NCBI GenBank assembly: GCA_000934665.2
Contig: JYFJ02004042.1
Span: forward strand, 1-35,398
Direction of reading: 5' to 3'
Source of the DNA: Catajapyx aquilonaris
Lineage: Eukaryota
DNA length: 35,398 bases
The notes beneath the pieces were generated by a model. The model was not told the origin of the DNA, made no database searches, and saw only the letters and a list, made by a program, of their open reading frames with translations. A program made the translations under genes and the position numbers. Below, in pieces: positions 11,858-23,849 of the stretch. Position 1 is the stretch's first letter. The number at the start of each line of letters is the position of its first letter.

Positions 11858-12110
11858 GGATACCCGCGATAGGCCTCCTTGGGCCTCTTAGGGGATCATC
11901 TTTTCGTGAACCGTATTTATTCATTGCCTATGCTGTGATGGATTTTGATTGTGGGAGGAAACGGGAGAACCCCGAGAAAACCCACGCGAACACGGAGAGA
12001 ACCCATCGAAACTCTATCCACATAAGCATCCTCCGTCCGATTCGGGGATCGAACTCGGGACCTCAGAGGTGGAAGGCTGCGGCGCTAACCACTCCGCCAC
12101 TGTGTCGACC
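11790..12110 (-). mobile_element. tRNA-derived SINE with V-domain-like core and (TTA)n tail
   Basis: Minus strand: A box TGGCGGAGTGG, B box GAGTTCGATCCC, core GTTCTCTCCGTGTTCGCGTGGGTTTTCTCGGGTTCTCCCGTTTCCTCCCACAATCAAAA; putative TSD CAATTAAC/CAATGAAC. Confidence 0.8.
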
Positions 12111-12772
12111 ACAATGAACTTAATTATGATTACGTAAATGGCGCTTTCTCAGTTTCAAATATATCGTTAGACACACAAAGATTTGCACTATCCAAGGTTC
12201 ACGGGGGGAATCTTTTGGCCTCCGAGAAGTGTCATAAAAAATTCCTTTTGCGGTGTAACGTCGCGTCGGCAACTAGTCAAAATTTTTTTTAAATGATACT
12301 TTTCCGTGTTCTTCTTGCGAAAAAATTAAACAAGCAGAAATCCAAACTATTGCTTATTGATGAGGATAATATGCTGCGGAGGACCTGCGATAATAAGGAA
12401 ATTCGCGTCGCGTTGCTTTCGAATCTGTCTGGAAGTCAGTGCAGGACAATTCCAGCTTTTATCGTGAATGATGCTACATTCTCATAAACTAAGGTAAATT
12501 ATAAGCCAAATGTCATGTTTCTAGGTTGAGTGGAAACAAAAAAATACAGCCGGTTCTTTGGGGTACTACCTAGTGAAACACCTTGTATATTTGAGAGCAT
12601 GTCTAACCTCGGCAAAACTAAAGAGTTAATTTTTAGCTGCCACATAAAGGTCTGATGGAAATGTACCACTTTTGACACTTTTAATGGCTTACAGGTAGAG
12701 GGGCATGGAACTGAAAGAGGAAAAATAGTCAAAACTCCTTTCTTGAAATATGAACTGTTCCAGTTATCAATA

Positions 12773-12885
12773 CAGTTGAATCCGGATATAACAGACTTCA
12801 AGTGACTGAGGAAGTCTGTTATAGCCAAATAGCCAGTTTTTCACGAAAAAGCAAGTTTTCTGCTTTCACATGCTTATAATGCACA
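12773..12885. mobile_element. Left end of a pogo/Tigger-like MITE
   Basis: TA|CAGTTGAATCCGGATATAACAG is the inverse of the ends at 26306 and 33324. Confidence 0.6.
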
Positions 12886-12892
12886 CTACAGA

Positions 12893-13060
12893 GGAGGTGC
12901 AGTGGCCGAGATGGTAACGTCTCGGCTTGCTGAGAGAGGTCCCAGGATCGATCCCCGCCTGGGAGTTCCCATTTACCTGCGTCAGTGGGTCTCTGACTCG
13001 TGCCTTGGAGGTGTCTGCCAACCTAACCTCCCGGGGAACAGCACATGACCCTTGCACCCA
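12893..13060 (+). mobile_element. tRNA-derived SINE, 5' part (interrupted by Academ; probably resumes ~23748-23830)
   Basis: A box TGGCCGAGATGG (~12903) and B-box-like GGATCGATCCCC (~12945) at tRNA spacing. Confidence 0.65.
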
Positions 13061-15322
13061 TAGCCCAGTCATTTTAGGTAAAATTTTGGTCGAACCCCCC
13101 CAAAAATCGTGTAAAGCTGGNAAAAAAAAGAAATCGTGTAAAGCTGGAAATTGGTACAGAGGTACTCTTCGACCCCTTGAACAAGACACTAAACGTTTTG
13201 AGAAATCCGAAGACCGGAACATGGTTTTTTACGAGCATAAAGGGCCTAAGTGACAAAAACGTCGACGTTTCACTCCAGAGCTAGCAGTTTGGCTTGAAAT
13301 CACCCCAGCACGCTCGTAAGTAGCTTTTTTGAAACGTGAAGGTGTGGGTGTAATCACAGATACAAACTTTGGCCGGAAAATTTTAATAACAAATACAGGT
13401 TATATTATTATAGAAAATATCTTCTTTCAGTGGGGTTGAAAGCTTGCGCCGTGCTGGTGATACTGCTGTTGACGGAGAGCATAATAGTTTGTGAGATACT
13501 TTAAACCCTGCCGCTCTGTATTTCATCGTTATGAAGATCCGATCGCTGCCATGAAATGAAGGCAACTAATCCTACACTAGCTTCCCTATAAGGCAAAAAA
13601 ACATACGATGGGTTGCCTACATTTCGTGTCAGCGATGGGATCTGCATAACTACGAAATCCGGCGGGGAAAGTGACACAACATGTTTGTTTTGTGCTACGT
13701 TGTGAGTTGTGCTTACCTCTCTCAACTGATTTCTTCCTCGACATCTGACGTGAGTCTGGGCTCTGCACGTTCCTGCACGACCCACGGCAACGTCCACACA
13801 TGCTTGTGCACTCTAGCACTGCTCTTTTGCACGCCCCTGCAGTTGCAGGTGATTATATGCAGCAACTCTTGAGGCGCTGGGGGCTGCAGGGTTGGCGTTG
13901 GGAGAAGCTTACCACTGTGGAGTTTCCATCCCCAATTCGTGGGATCTAAGTGATTTGTACCCACTCCTGGACTTGGTGGTAAACTCGCAAGGAGAGATGA
14001 TGAGCTGCGTCTGAGGTAGGTGGTAGAGTTTCTAGTTTGAATGCAACGGTCACTTCGCATTTTGCGATACTCCTACTGTAGTTAAAGACTCTCAGTTCGT
14101 CGAGTGAAGCGCAATCTCCCCCGCCATACAGTTCAAGGAGGAACCTCTCTCCTGACTTCACAATCTCGGCACAGTCAGCTTCAGCATTACTGAAAATCGA
14201 CGTACTTGTCTTTAGGTATTCACGAGCAGAGAGTAGGTTCCAAGCCTTCCTTTTGCCCATGTTGAACAGGACCGAGGTGGTATCACACCCTGTCATCGCA
14301 TGCAAAAAATAGGATATGGTCCTTCATGTCACCGATCTCAGTCCGGACATCGGAAGCGGTGTAAATCTTTGCTCCGTGCGCGCCTGCACGTGGGACAAGT
14401 AAGGTGATTCTGGCGTCTCTTAAGCTTCGAGCCACAAGCATGACCAAAATATCTGTGTCTGCAGCCACTACTGTCACTTCACGTCCACAGGCAGAATTTG
14501 CTATTGCAGTCGAGACTATAAGGGCATCAGCTTCTCCCGTAGCATGTTTCACACAAACATCTGCGTTTTCAAGGCAAGGTGTCAGCTTTTCGATTAGCTT
14601 TGTCTTGTTGCTACTGTTGGATAGGAAATCAGCCTGGCTTACGGTGACCATTTTTCAGGCTTCTACCATAATGTGAGTGGAAGTTCGTTTACCTATTCTG
14701 TGTAGCTGCTCTTGTTCTTTCGCGGTAGCCGTGCTGTAACCATAAAAAACTACAGTGCATTTGCTATTGTAATGGGTGCACACGTATCTCACGTAGGACT
14801 GGAACACTTGCTCATATGAGGCTGGGCGTGGCCACACTACTTTGCGCAACAGAATTCCTCCGTTCACTACTACTGCCCTTTGAGTCGAGAGGAGTGTGTT
14901 CAGTTCTTCGTCGTCGCTGGGAGCCCGCGATGGAAGCAGATGAGCAATAACAGATTTGTCTGTTTTCCTCATCATTGTCTCACGGAAAAGAGACGGTGGT
15001 GTGGGCGCCAGTTCATACTGCAGATACTTTTCGAAGTCCTTATTTGTCTTCATGACGAATGATATTATCATGAACAACAGATTCGAGTTCACAGAAATAA
15101 GTTCTTCGCGTATTTTAACACAGGGCCCAAGATGCGACAGTGTTTTCACCTTGCCAGATCTCTTAAGTTTCAAGCTTCCAAAGTCCTGGCCGATCATTTT
15201 GGAAGTAGAGATCTTTCCTATTTCTTCCGCCGAATCACAATTTACTGATTCATCTGCGACGACTCCTGTTGCTATTGACATTAGGAGATCAGTATCTGTG
15301 TTGAAAGGATTGCGGTCTTTAA

Positions 15323-16075
15323 AGGAAGGGTTCAGTGATTTTGCATGTTGGGCTTCAAAGATCAAGGTAGACTCCCTGATTCCAAAAATGTGGTCAGTTT
15401 TTAAATATGACGCTGCATAAGCAAATGCTGTTAGGTGAAATTCAATCTCCGCTACTGTATTCGATACGGTAAGCGTACAGCTAGCGCCTCCCGCGGAGAT
15501 CCCAGTAACATGCCAGGGCCGACGTTGGCTTACCCGCGAAGTCAATTTTTGAACTAGGAATAAGTGGATGAATCACTTGGCCCTTCCTTCGACGCCGTCA
15601 CATGCAGCCAAGATGTGGGCAATGTATTCCTCCTCTCTCCCTCCGGATTATACCTCGCGACACTACCCGCCTTGGTAAGTCTCGAGCTGATACGGAAGTA
15701 TCCCGTCGTGGCCATCACTCTGTCACATGGTCCGACCACTGGCGCCCCTCTCTCCCACTCTGCCTCCCCTTCTCAGCCTCCCCTGCATTCCCATGGCCCT
15801 TGGCACCCGGGGCGGGTTCCGCTCGGGTCGAAAACACAAAAACCTGGCTTGCACATGGTTTGTCGCTATGGGGGCGGACATCTTGGTTGTATGTGGGATC
15901 TTCCATCGCTGCCGCTAGAGGGAACCTGTGTTCGGCGCTGATTTTCAAAAAATCAACTTTGACTTGAAATTTTACGCTTATGGTGCATTTGCCACCAAAA
16001 CGGACCGGATATTCAGAATCAGAGAGTCCTGCTCGATTTTTGAAGTTCAACATGCAAAATCACTGAACCCTTCCT
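15323..16075. mobile_element. Kolobok-type MITE, family B, inserted in the Academ ORF
   Basis: TTAA|AGGAAGGGTTCAGTGATTTTGCATGTTG...CAACATGCAAAATCACTGAACCCTTCCT|TTAA; removal rejoins Academ as SEQHVELRESRQSRDKQDVQKLVT*LKDRNPF. Confidence 0.85.
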
Positions 16076-17270
16076 TTAAGCTACGTAACCAATTTCTGGA
16101 CATCCTGTTTGTCACGAGACTGCCGCGACTCTCTCAACTCAACGTGTTGTTCAGACGATGAATAAGTAACGCCACCAACGTTATCCACCGCGTCACACAT
16201 CTTCCGAGTTCCTGGGAGGGAGAGTATCCACTGGGAGAGAGTATACTTTCTGTTATCCATATTCCACTCCAGAACTTGTCACTCCTCCTGATGCTGAAGT
16301 ATCCCTGAACAGTAAACTTGTGATATTCTTCTAGGGAAATTTTTTCCTGGAGTTCTTGCATCTCCTGGACATACAGATGGGCGCACTTTGCATAATGCAA
16401 GTGTCCTGCAGCTTGGAGTATGGGAGCATTCGCTTCACACAGTGCAGGTGGAGTTCCCAGTCCTTTCCGCTCGGATGAAGAGGCGGATAAGACTGACCTG
16501 TCTGAGGTATTGCAACCAAAGTGCTGCTGTGCGGCTGCTGCTACCTGAAAGCTCCTTGCATGTCTTCTAGAGTAGCTCTCAGACTTTCGAGCACGGTAGA
16601 CTCGATGACGTCTTCAACGGAAACTTCACCAGTCATAAGTCCGGCTTAGAGCTTGTCCACTTCCTCCATGTCCGCCCAGGAGGAGTCTTCCAAGTGCGAC
16701 ATGAGAAGCAAAAAAAGGGAGCAAGTTGCGTAAGGAATTGTGCCCTCAAAGCTCTGGTGTAGGCCTGTCCCGCAAGCATGTGAGTGACTGACACTTTTGC
16801 ATGCACCTTCCCCCAAAGCTCTTCCAGACCGCTTCCAGCCATGATGTTACCTATTGCCCCCATGGCAGACATGAGGAGGTGAAACCCTCCTAGGCGCACT
16901 ACCACGCTCTTCAAGTCACTTGCCTCTTCTGCCGATGCGACTATCTCAGCTGCCTTGATATACAAGGGCTGATCGAATGTGATGAAACAGGTTTGCTGCC
17001 CGTTATTCTTGCTGATGTCGACTGCATACAGCATGGCCGTGTTCAGGGTGTTCAAATTACTAGGGTCAAGATTTATAAATGCAAGAGCGTCAATCTGGGA
17101 TCTTTCGCAGGGTCTGCTGTGACTCATTGCAGTTGTCATGTACCCATTCCATGATGGGGTAGCGCCACCTGCCGTCCACATTCCTAAAGTCCACAGAAAG
17201 TCTGTAGCAATCGCTCTGGAAAGTGACTGAACAGAATTGTTCCCCAAATATTTTATCTTTGTGTCGCTAA

Positions 17271-17520
17271 AGCCTGCTTCACAAATTCAACGGAAGGCTG
17301 AGCGGGCGGCAAGAGTGCGTTTGGGGGCGTGGTTTGGGGCGCGGAACCTGTGCGGTGGCAATCGCACAAGTCCATATGGATGGACTTGAGCGATTACCAC
17401 CGCACCAGTTTCCGCCCGCAGCGCCACCGACGAATTTGTGAATTGCCACCACTCACATTCTGCGCCCCAATCACACGTTTTCCGACCGCTCAGCCTTCCG
17501 CCGAATTTGTGTAGAGGCCT
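17271..17520. mobile_element. PIF/Harbinger-like MITE
   Basis: Imperfect TIR AGCCTGCTTCACAAATTCAACGGAAGGCTGAGCGG / CCGCTCAGCCTTCCGCCGAATTTGTGTAGAGGCCT; flanks TAA/TTA. Confidence 0.6.
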
Positions 17521-17524
17521 TTAA

Positions 17525-17941
17525 AGGGACACTCCACTCAAAATACAAGTTGGCCCCCAAAAATCGGGGGGAAAATCCTGATTCCGAATGTGCAATCGGT
17601 TTTTTTCTACGCCCAACACGGAAAATCATATATCTACACACGTCGTCTGCTAAGAAGGGCGATTCAACACCATCCCGCGGCAAACCGGAGAAGTATAGCG
17701 CGGTCAATAAACAACTTCCGCGCCAGGCGCCTGGCCAGGCCCCTGGTCTAGTTCCGCTCCTCTGGTGGCGTCGCGTCGCCACCTGCGCTCACCTGCTCCG
17801 CGCGCGGTTTTCGAACGACACACTTCCAGCTTTCACCCTGGCCATACCGTTCGTCTCTCAGAAAAACTGCTTATACCCTCGGAATCAGGATTCTTTGCCC
17901 GATTTTTAGAACCCAACTTGTATTTTAAGTGGAGTGTCCCT
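17525..17941. mobile_element. Kolobok-type MITE, family A copy 2 (shorter, opposite orientation)
   Basis: TTAA (17521-17524)|AGGGACACTCCACTC...GTGGAGTGTCCCT|TTAA (17942-17945); the first ~200 bp match 2360-2562 inverted. Confidence 0.82.
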
Positions 17942-17945
17942 TTAA

Positions 17946-19570
17946 CCCTTTAATTGATAATGACCCTCCTGAGGGACATTCATTTTCAAAAAATTTTAAC
18001 GGGCCCGCCAGAAAGAAAGTGCGCGAAAATGGATGCCCATCATCTGGCACCGAACCTCGACTAACTCACATGTGTACTTCGCCATCTGTTGGGAAAAGCT
18101 TGCACCAGGAAAACGCAAGAGAAATCCAACATGGCGGCCGCTTCAGAAGCGGTTGCCTCGCAGCCGGTAAGAAACTTTTTTTTTAAATTGCCGTAACATG
18201 GTTTTGAGAGACATGAAATTAGCTCCAGTGAGTGCATGAAGCATGTGATCAGACCAGCCTCTCAGTTCTCTCATAAAACTAATATTACGATCGTAATAGT
18301 TGGCTATTAACCTATGTACCCCGCGAGGGACATTGCCAATTCAAGGGTGATTTATGATTTCAGTTTGTACACTGGAAGTTCTACCTTTGAAGGAGTAGAT
18401 TTCTCAGAAGAGGAAGAGCAGCTGGGTGTTGGAGGAAAGGTTGTGGTGCAGCTATGTAAAACGATTGATGATAGGAAGGAGACTGTGGTGTATTTTGATA
18501 ATTTCTTTTGCAGTCTAGAACTGATCATGTACCTCAAAGATAATTTGGACTTGCACAGCCTGGGAACACTGAGAGAGAATCGGCTGAGGGGGTGTGAGCT
18601 AATGTCTCTAAAGGATATGAAAAAAGAAGGGAGGGGAGCGATTGCTTGATTACAAAGTAGATAATGCTGCAGGAATTGCCGTAGTAAAATGGCTGGACAG
18701 CAAGGCTGTTCTCCTAGTAAGTTCATGCTCATCAGTTGAGCCCTTGCAGATGGTACCAAGATATTGCAAAAAGGAGAAAAAAAGGGTTCCAAGTTAACTG
18801 CCCAAATGTGGTAAGGGAGTATAAGTGTATAACAGACACATGGGTGGCGTAGATTCGGCCGACATGTTGGTGGCACTCTACAGAACTCGACTTAAAACAC
18901 GAAGGTGGTACTTGACCATTTTTGCGTAGATGATAGATGTGGCAGTCATTAAAGGGTGGTTGTTGTACCACAGAGACATGGCACTTCTAGGTGGGAGGAA
19001 AGCAGTAAGCCTGAAGGAATTCCGCATGGATGTTGGTAATGCTTTGATTCAGTCAGGGAAGCCTAAAAGAGGTAGATCATCCCTTCAGCCAGCCATCAAA
19101 AAAATAAAGACACCCACTTTTCCAAGACCAGGCTGTGACATCTGATATGATGGGATTGGCCATTTCCCTATTTTTGGGGTGAAGGGAAGATGCAGGCTGT
19201 GCAGTTCGGGAAAAACAAAAGTAATGTGCCAAAAGTGTGACTTGCGATTGTGTTTACTGGAAAACGGGAACTGTTTTTTTTTCATTTCCATAACAAGCAG
19301 TGATCTGTAGGTATAACTTCTTCCTTACGGAAGCGAAAAAAAAGTTATTGTGAATTCTTGTTATGGGAGTGAAATTGTGAAAGGTCTGTTTGTAATACAT
19401 AATATGCGGTGGTTTATGTGATACCTGTGTCACCTACATCAAACCATGTTTTTATCAAGGGAATATGTTGTTTTTACTAACTTATACTTATACTGAATAA
19501 ACTATATCATTCCATGTGTCATTGTCTTCCTTGTGATATCCCTAATTTGCTAATGCATCTCTGGAGATAA
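17946..19570 (+). mobile_element. piggyBac remnant, internally deleted, right end not found
   Basis: Begins TTAA|CCC and contains transposase fragments; the right boundary is approximate. Confidence 0.7.
18340..19300 (+). pseudogene. piggyBac transposase C-terminal half
   Basis: IYDFSLYTG, VYFDNFF, GTLRENRL, KWLDSK, MGGVDSAD..RRWY and terminal Cys domain RCRLC..VMCQKCDLRLC..NCF; stops and frameshifts. Confidence 0.88.
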
Positions 19571-19609
19571 GTACCGTACAGTTCGAATTTCCGGAGCTAC
19601 AGCGACTTG

Positions 19610-20101
19610 AAAAAAACTTTTCACTCGCTGAAGGGTGGCCAATCCGCAATTACGGGCCTCCGGGGCCAAAACGGGAGTGGCGCCATATCAGCATTTGAAG
19701 AGTACGTATGGTCTCATGGACATTCGCACCAAATTTCATGCTTTTATCACCAAGTGCACTGTTGACCCTTGTTTCGTCCCTTAACTCCAAGACAATGTAT
19801 GTGTCGCGGTAGCTTCGAAAATATGGACTGTACGTGGAAAAGTTACTGTAAACTTTTTGTAGCATAGATGTTTCTCTACAACTTTCGTTTGGAACATATC
19901 AGCCCGAGAAGCATAGTTCGCTCATAAAAAGACTTTTCACTTGCTGCAGGGTAGCCAACCCGCAAAGACGGGGCCTCCTGGTCGAAAACGGGCGTGGCAC
20001 CATATCTGGATTTGAAGAGTAGGGTCGCAAGGACATTTGTACCAAATTTCATACTTTCATCACCAAACGCACGGTTGACCCTTTTTTTCGTACCTTAAGT
20101 C
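19610..20101. repeat. Diverged direct repeat (~175-bp block, ~315-bp spacing)
   Basis: 19612-19787 aligns with 19926-20101 (e.g. CCAAATTTCATGCTTTTATCACCAA / CCAAATTTCATACTTTCATCACCAA). Confidence 0.75.
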
Positions 20102-20129
20102 CTGAGCGGTGGGGCTTGCGGTACTATCA

Positions 20130-20236
20130 GTCCAACAAGAATTGTCGCAGCGGCAGCGCACGAACTACAATCTACGAGCACAGGGACACGAGAGACTGCA
20201 GTTCGTGCGCTGCCGCTGCGACAATTCTTGTTGGAC
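20130..20236. repeat. 107-bp hairpin / mini-MITE at an Academ ORF breakpoint
   Basis: 44-bp arms 20130-20173 and 20193-20236 with two mismatches. Confidence 0.85.
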
Positions 20237-21499
20237 ACCAGGTACCACTGAATGTTGATTTTGCCTTTCGCTGCAATGTGCTCTGCTGAGGGTATCTACG
20301 AAATCCGTGGCACGGACATATCCCTGGTGTTGTCGTATTGAGGAGTGCTATACTGCACGCCTCCCATGCTGTGGAAAGTACCGTACCCATCTATTGTCCG
20401 AATGTTAAAATCAGCATTATCAAAAATGTGCCGAATGAAGTTTCCACCAGATGTATTTTCATCCTTCACTGGGACTGCCTCAATCACGGACACTTCGTAT
20501 CTTTGTACTTCTTGGTACGAAACGGAGAATCCCAAGTTGTGCAGCAGATCAAGCAATTCCTTATACGCGAAGCGACGATGAGCACACACACCAACACCAA
20601 GCAAAATTGGAACCAAGGATGATCTCGGTCTACATGCAGTCACTATTGCTTAGCCTATAGATGCGTGCTTCCTCTTGATCTTCGTTTCATCCTGACTCTT
20701 GGAAGATATTATATTTGCAAGCAGGGTTTGAAGAGTGGCAGAAGTGTCCATGAGGGACGATTCATCAGCATCTGGATATGTCACAGTCATAAACAGCTGA
20801 TCGGATATCCTCCCAATGATTTTGGCAGCTGCCTCCACGACATGCAGTCTCTCGTCACATTCGTTCCGCGTCCTGTCTGAGTACCATTGATCATGCAGTA
20901 TTCTATCAGAAGTCTCTTTCATGCTTAGAACAGAGGCTTTACCAGTTAGCTCTATGATCTTTATTCGCTGGCCGCTATTAGATATAGCTTTGTAGCATCC
21001 ATCTGTAAAACTTCTATTTCTCATTGACACGGGCTAGTAGATCAGGGAGACTAAACTGACACTCTTCACTCTCTTGTAAGTATTCACACAACAGCTTAGA
21101 CTGTTCATCTTCATTGCCCAGACGCGGTCGGCCACGAGGAGCAGAATCAACTGTGTGCAGCTGCTTTCCACTAAAAAATTTCAGGTGACACTTGCCATGG
21201 TACCTTGCTTCAGCTGCAACAAGGTCGTGCGCACCAATGACTCGTGTCTGCACTTAAGTATCCCGAGAATCGCCCCTTGATTGAGCCATGGCAAGCACGC
21301 TTTCCTTTATCTTCATGGTTGCAGCTTCGTGAACGGAATCCCGCCAGTACTTTTTATTTACCTCTTCATCTCTACAAGCAATGTCCCCGCAGAAAAGGCA
21401 GTGACGTCACCGGTAGCGATGAGGAGTTTCCGAACGTGCCCTCTCTGACGTATCGTTCAAAACAGCCCTTGGGATGACAGGTGGGACCATCTGTGACGT

Positions 21500-21832
21500 A
21501 TCATTCCAACGGCTGGTTTGAGGGCCGGTTTGAGTGACAGCGTGTGGAGAGGAGTGGATGGGCCATTGTTCTCGGGGATCCGGGGGAGTTTGCGGATACA
21601 TTAATTTCGCGATCTCGAGTTTGCGCATACATTTAATTTGGCGATCTCGAAAACGGCTGGGAATTTTGCGATTATGAGGATTTTTGGCATCGGTAGACCG
21701 GAGGCTAGAAATCCAACGGTGCAAGTCCGAGGTTTCTACGACCTCGGGAAGTGCGAAATCTTTTTCGTCCTCCTCGTCGGATTGGGGCTTTATATATATT
21801 AGAAGATAGATAGATTAGATAGAAGATAGATA
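21500..21832 (-). mobile_element. Possible non-autonomous Helitron 5' fragment
   Basis: Minus strand starts with reiterated TCTATCT..TCTAATATATATAAAG, a Helitron-like 5' end; no 3' hairpin/CTAG found; lower boundary approximate. Confidence 0.4.
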
Positions 21833-21989
21833 CGGAGTGTTGCAACTGACGAAACATAAATAATTTTCAGTATTGTTATAATTCATTATGAGTTTATAAC
21901 TTTAGAAGTAACTGCAAGGGTGTTGAAAGACACTAAACGAAAGCAAAAATACCACTTTTCATAAATTTGTACCATCAAGAATCTCTACC

Positions 21990-22640
21990 AGGTTTTTATA
22001 TTATTGTATGACAGAACTGGTCTTTCCTTTATGAAATATAAAAGAATATTGCATATTAAAAATGGCGTTTTCCATATATTAATTTTCGAAATGTGCATGT
22101 AGTTGCATAGAAACAAAAATCACCCCTGTGAAAAAAATTCGTATCTCACTATTACAAATATATACCGAATTTTGATATGATTTTATAATCGAACTCATGC
22201 TACTTTGTTATACAAAAAATAACGATTAAATTTTCAAAATTGCTTCTTCGAGAAAATATTTATTTTAAGTGTGCATATTGTAGCACAATATATTACAAAA
22301 GTTGTGACTTTACAAAAATTTATATCTCACGTATAAGAAATATATACCGGGTTTTGACACTACTTAATTTAATAACATGTCCGTCCTTGTAAAATAAAAA
22401 ATAAAAATAAAATATTCAAAGTGGCTTCTTCGAGAAAATATTTATTTGAATTGTGCATTTTGTAGCACAATTACGAAAGTTGTGACTTTACAAAAATTTG
22501 CATCTCACGTATAAAAAATATATACGGGGTTTTGACACCAGTTAATTTTATACCATGCCTTTCCTTTTAAAATAAAAAAATATTAAAAATATTAAAAATG
22601 GCTTTTTTGAGAAAATAATTTTTGAAATATGCATGTTTTC
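21990..22640. repeat. ~180-bp AT-rich tandem repeat, ~3.5 copies
   Basis: Anchor AAA.TGGCTT.TT.GAGAAAATA recurs near 22236, 22418 and 22596, with a more diverged copy near 22060. Confidence 0.75.
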
Positions 22641-23849
22641 GCTTGTTGCCATATTTTCACCTCGCATATCTCAACTACACGCGGAGCTAACGAAGGTTTT
22701 ATTTCAAGGCCTGGAGGGGGTCACCGAGTATATCACAAAATATAATCAGCACAACCGTCACGTTTACCATAACGGCGTAATAAATTGCGAAATATGCGCA
22801 TTTTGACCAAAATATGCAAGATTGGTGATTTTTTTGCAGGTGACTGAACCATTAAATAGAGTAAATTTATGCATTAACAGTGAGTTATTCCAAAAGCATG
22901 AGTTTAAAATTTCATGTAGGTTCTCAGAACAGTTCCCGAGATATCCTCATTGAAAGCAATGGAAAATGCGGGAAAAAGTGCGTCTTCGCGTGATTGTGAT
23001 TTTGGTGCCCCTTGAAAGAAATATTAATATATCGATAACTAAATTTAATCTAGTAAAACTGATTGCTCCATAAGAGTTCAATTGGATGTGGGTTTCACAT
23101 ATATTTCTTTCAAAAAAATCGATGACTATGACCTGACACCTTTTTTCACTCACTGGCTGATCTGAAATGGAACCACCCCTCCAACCTATCTTTCCGACCG
23201 GCACTGGCATTCCTAAGGGTTGCTGCGGCTTTCGCACCTATGGTGACGCACTCTTCGCTGCCGAGGGAACCATTGCATACTGCACAAGACATGCTCACCA
23301 ACACCAACCACCACCACATGCTTCACGGCACCGCCACCAGCAGCCACAACCTGACCATTGCATTCAACATAGACTCGAAAACCGCTTCAAAATAAAAAAT
23401 AAACACTGCTATCATGAAGCGAAGACTTGCAGGTTGAGACTCGCACGCGGAACTCGCATGCGCAATGCCAGAGCCGCCCAACTGTGATTACACCCACACC
23501 CTCACGTTTCAAAAAAGCTACTTACGAACGTGCTGGTGTGATTTCAAGTCAAACTGCTAGCTCTGGAGTGAAACGTCGATGTTTTTGTCACGTATGCCCT
23601 TTATGCTCGTAAAAAACCATGTTACGGTCTTCGGACTTCTCAGGACTTTTAGCGTCTTGTTCAGGGGGTCGAATAGTTCCTCTGTACCAATTTCCAGCTT
23701 TACACAATTTTTTGGGGGAGTCAAAACCTAAAATGACTGGGCTACCATGTTCCCTCCCTCAAAAACCCATATCCTTACCCTATGCCCTTGTTTCCTTGCA
23801 CCATGATGAAAATACAGAAAATTGGAATGAAAAATGGTGGGTGTTCCCC

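Larger units (their letters stand above)
10740..12333. mobile_element. Almost fully palindromic foldback MITE, host to two nested insertions
   Basis: Left arm ~10740-11051 is inversely matched by 11681-11789 plus 12117-12333; the centre 11052-11165 is also self-complementary at its edges. Outer termini are not resolved. Confidence 0.7.
13722..23292 (-). pseudogene. AcademX transposase-XPG/PIN nuclease-Cys-rich polyprotein, fragmented
   Basis: Colinear pieces: MSCAVC..TLRNAS.GRKD (from 23292); CLFCG..DLVAAEARYHGKC (~21400-21190); FDNADFNIRTIDGYGTFHSMGG (~20400); ITFDQPLYIKA..RLGGFHLLMS (16633-17247); HYAKCAHLY..RRSDKFWSG; YELAPTPPSLF; EADALIV..DTDILVML; HAMTGCDTTS (H3TH-like); WGW..CNC..C..C..C. 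Many stops and frameshifts. Confidence 0.85.
13061..23744 (-). mobile_element. AcademX DNA transposon, both ends present, decayed and heavily nested
   Basis: TIRs TAGCCCAGTCATTTTAGGT...(13061-~13359) and (~23482-23744)...ACCTAAAATGACTGGGCTA; 3-bp TSD CCA (13058-13060, 23745-23747). TAG..CTA termini and a 3-4 bp TSD are Academ hallmarks. Confidence 0.85.

Noticed and set aside
11550..11924. ORF with a poly-Tyr run
   Set aside because: Translation of the SINE's (TTA)n tail, not a protein.
12893..12965. tRNA-like sequences here and at ~12040-12110 and ~26505-26580
   Set aside because: A/B boxes without convincing cloverleaves and followed by SINE bodies; SINE heads, not tRNA genes.
13100..13150. 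Apparent duplication AAATCGTGTAAAGCTGG in the left Academ TIR
   Set aside because: It flanks the single N at 13121 and is absent from the right TIR; likely a contig-join artefact.
15323..15545. N-terminus of the 296-aa ORF 14655-15545
   Set aside because: Chance read-through from the inserted Kolobok-type MITE into the Academ frame.
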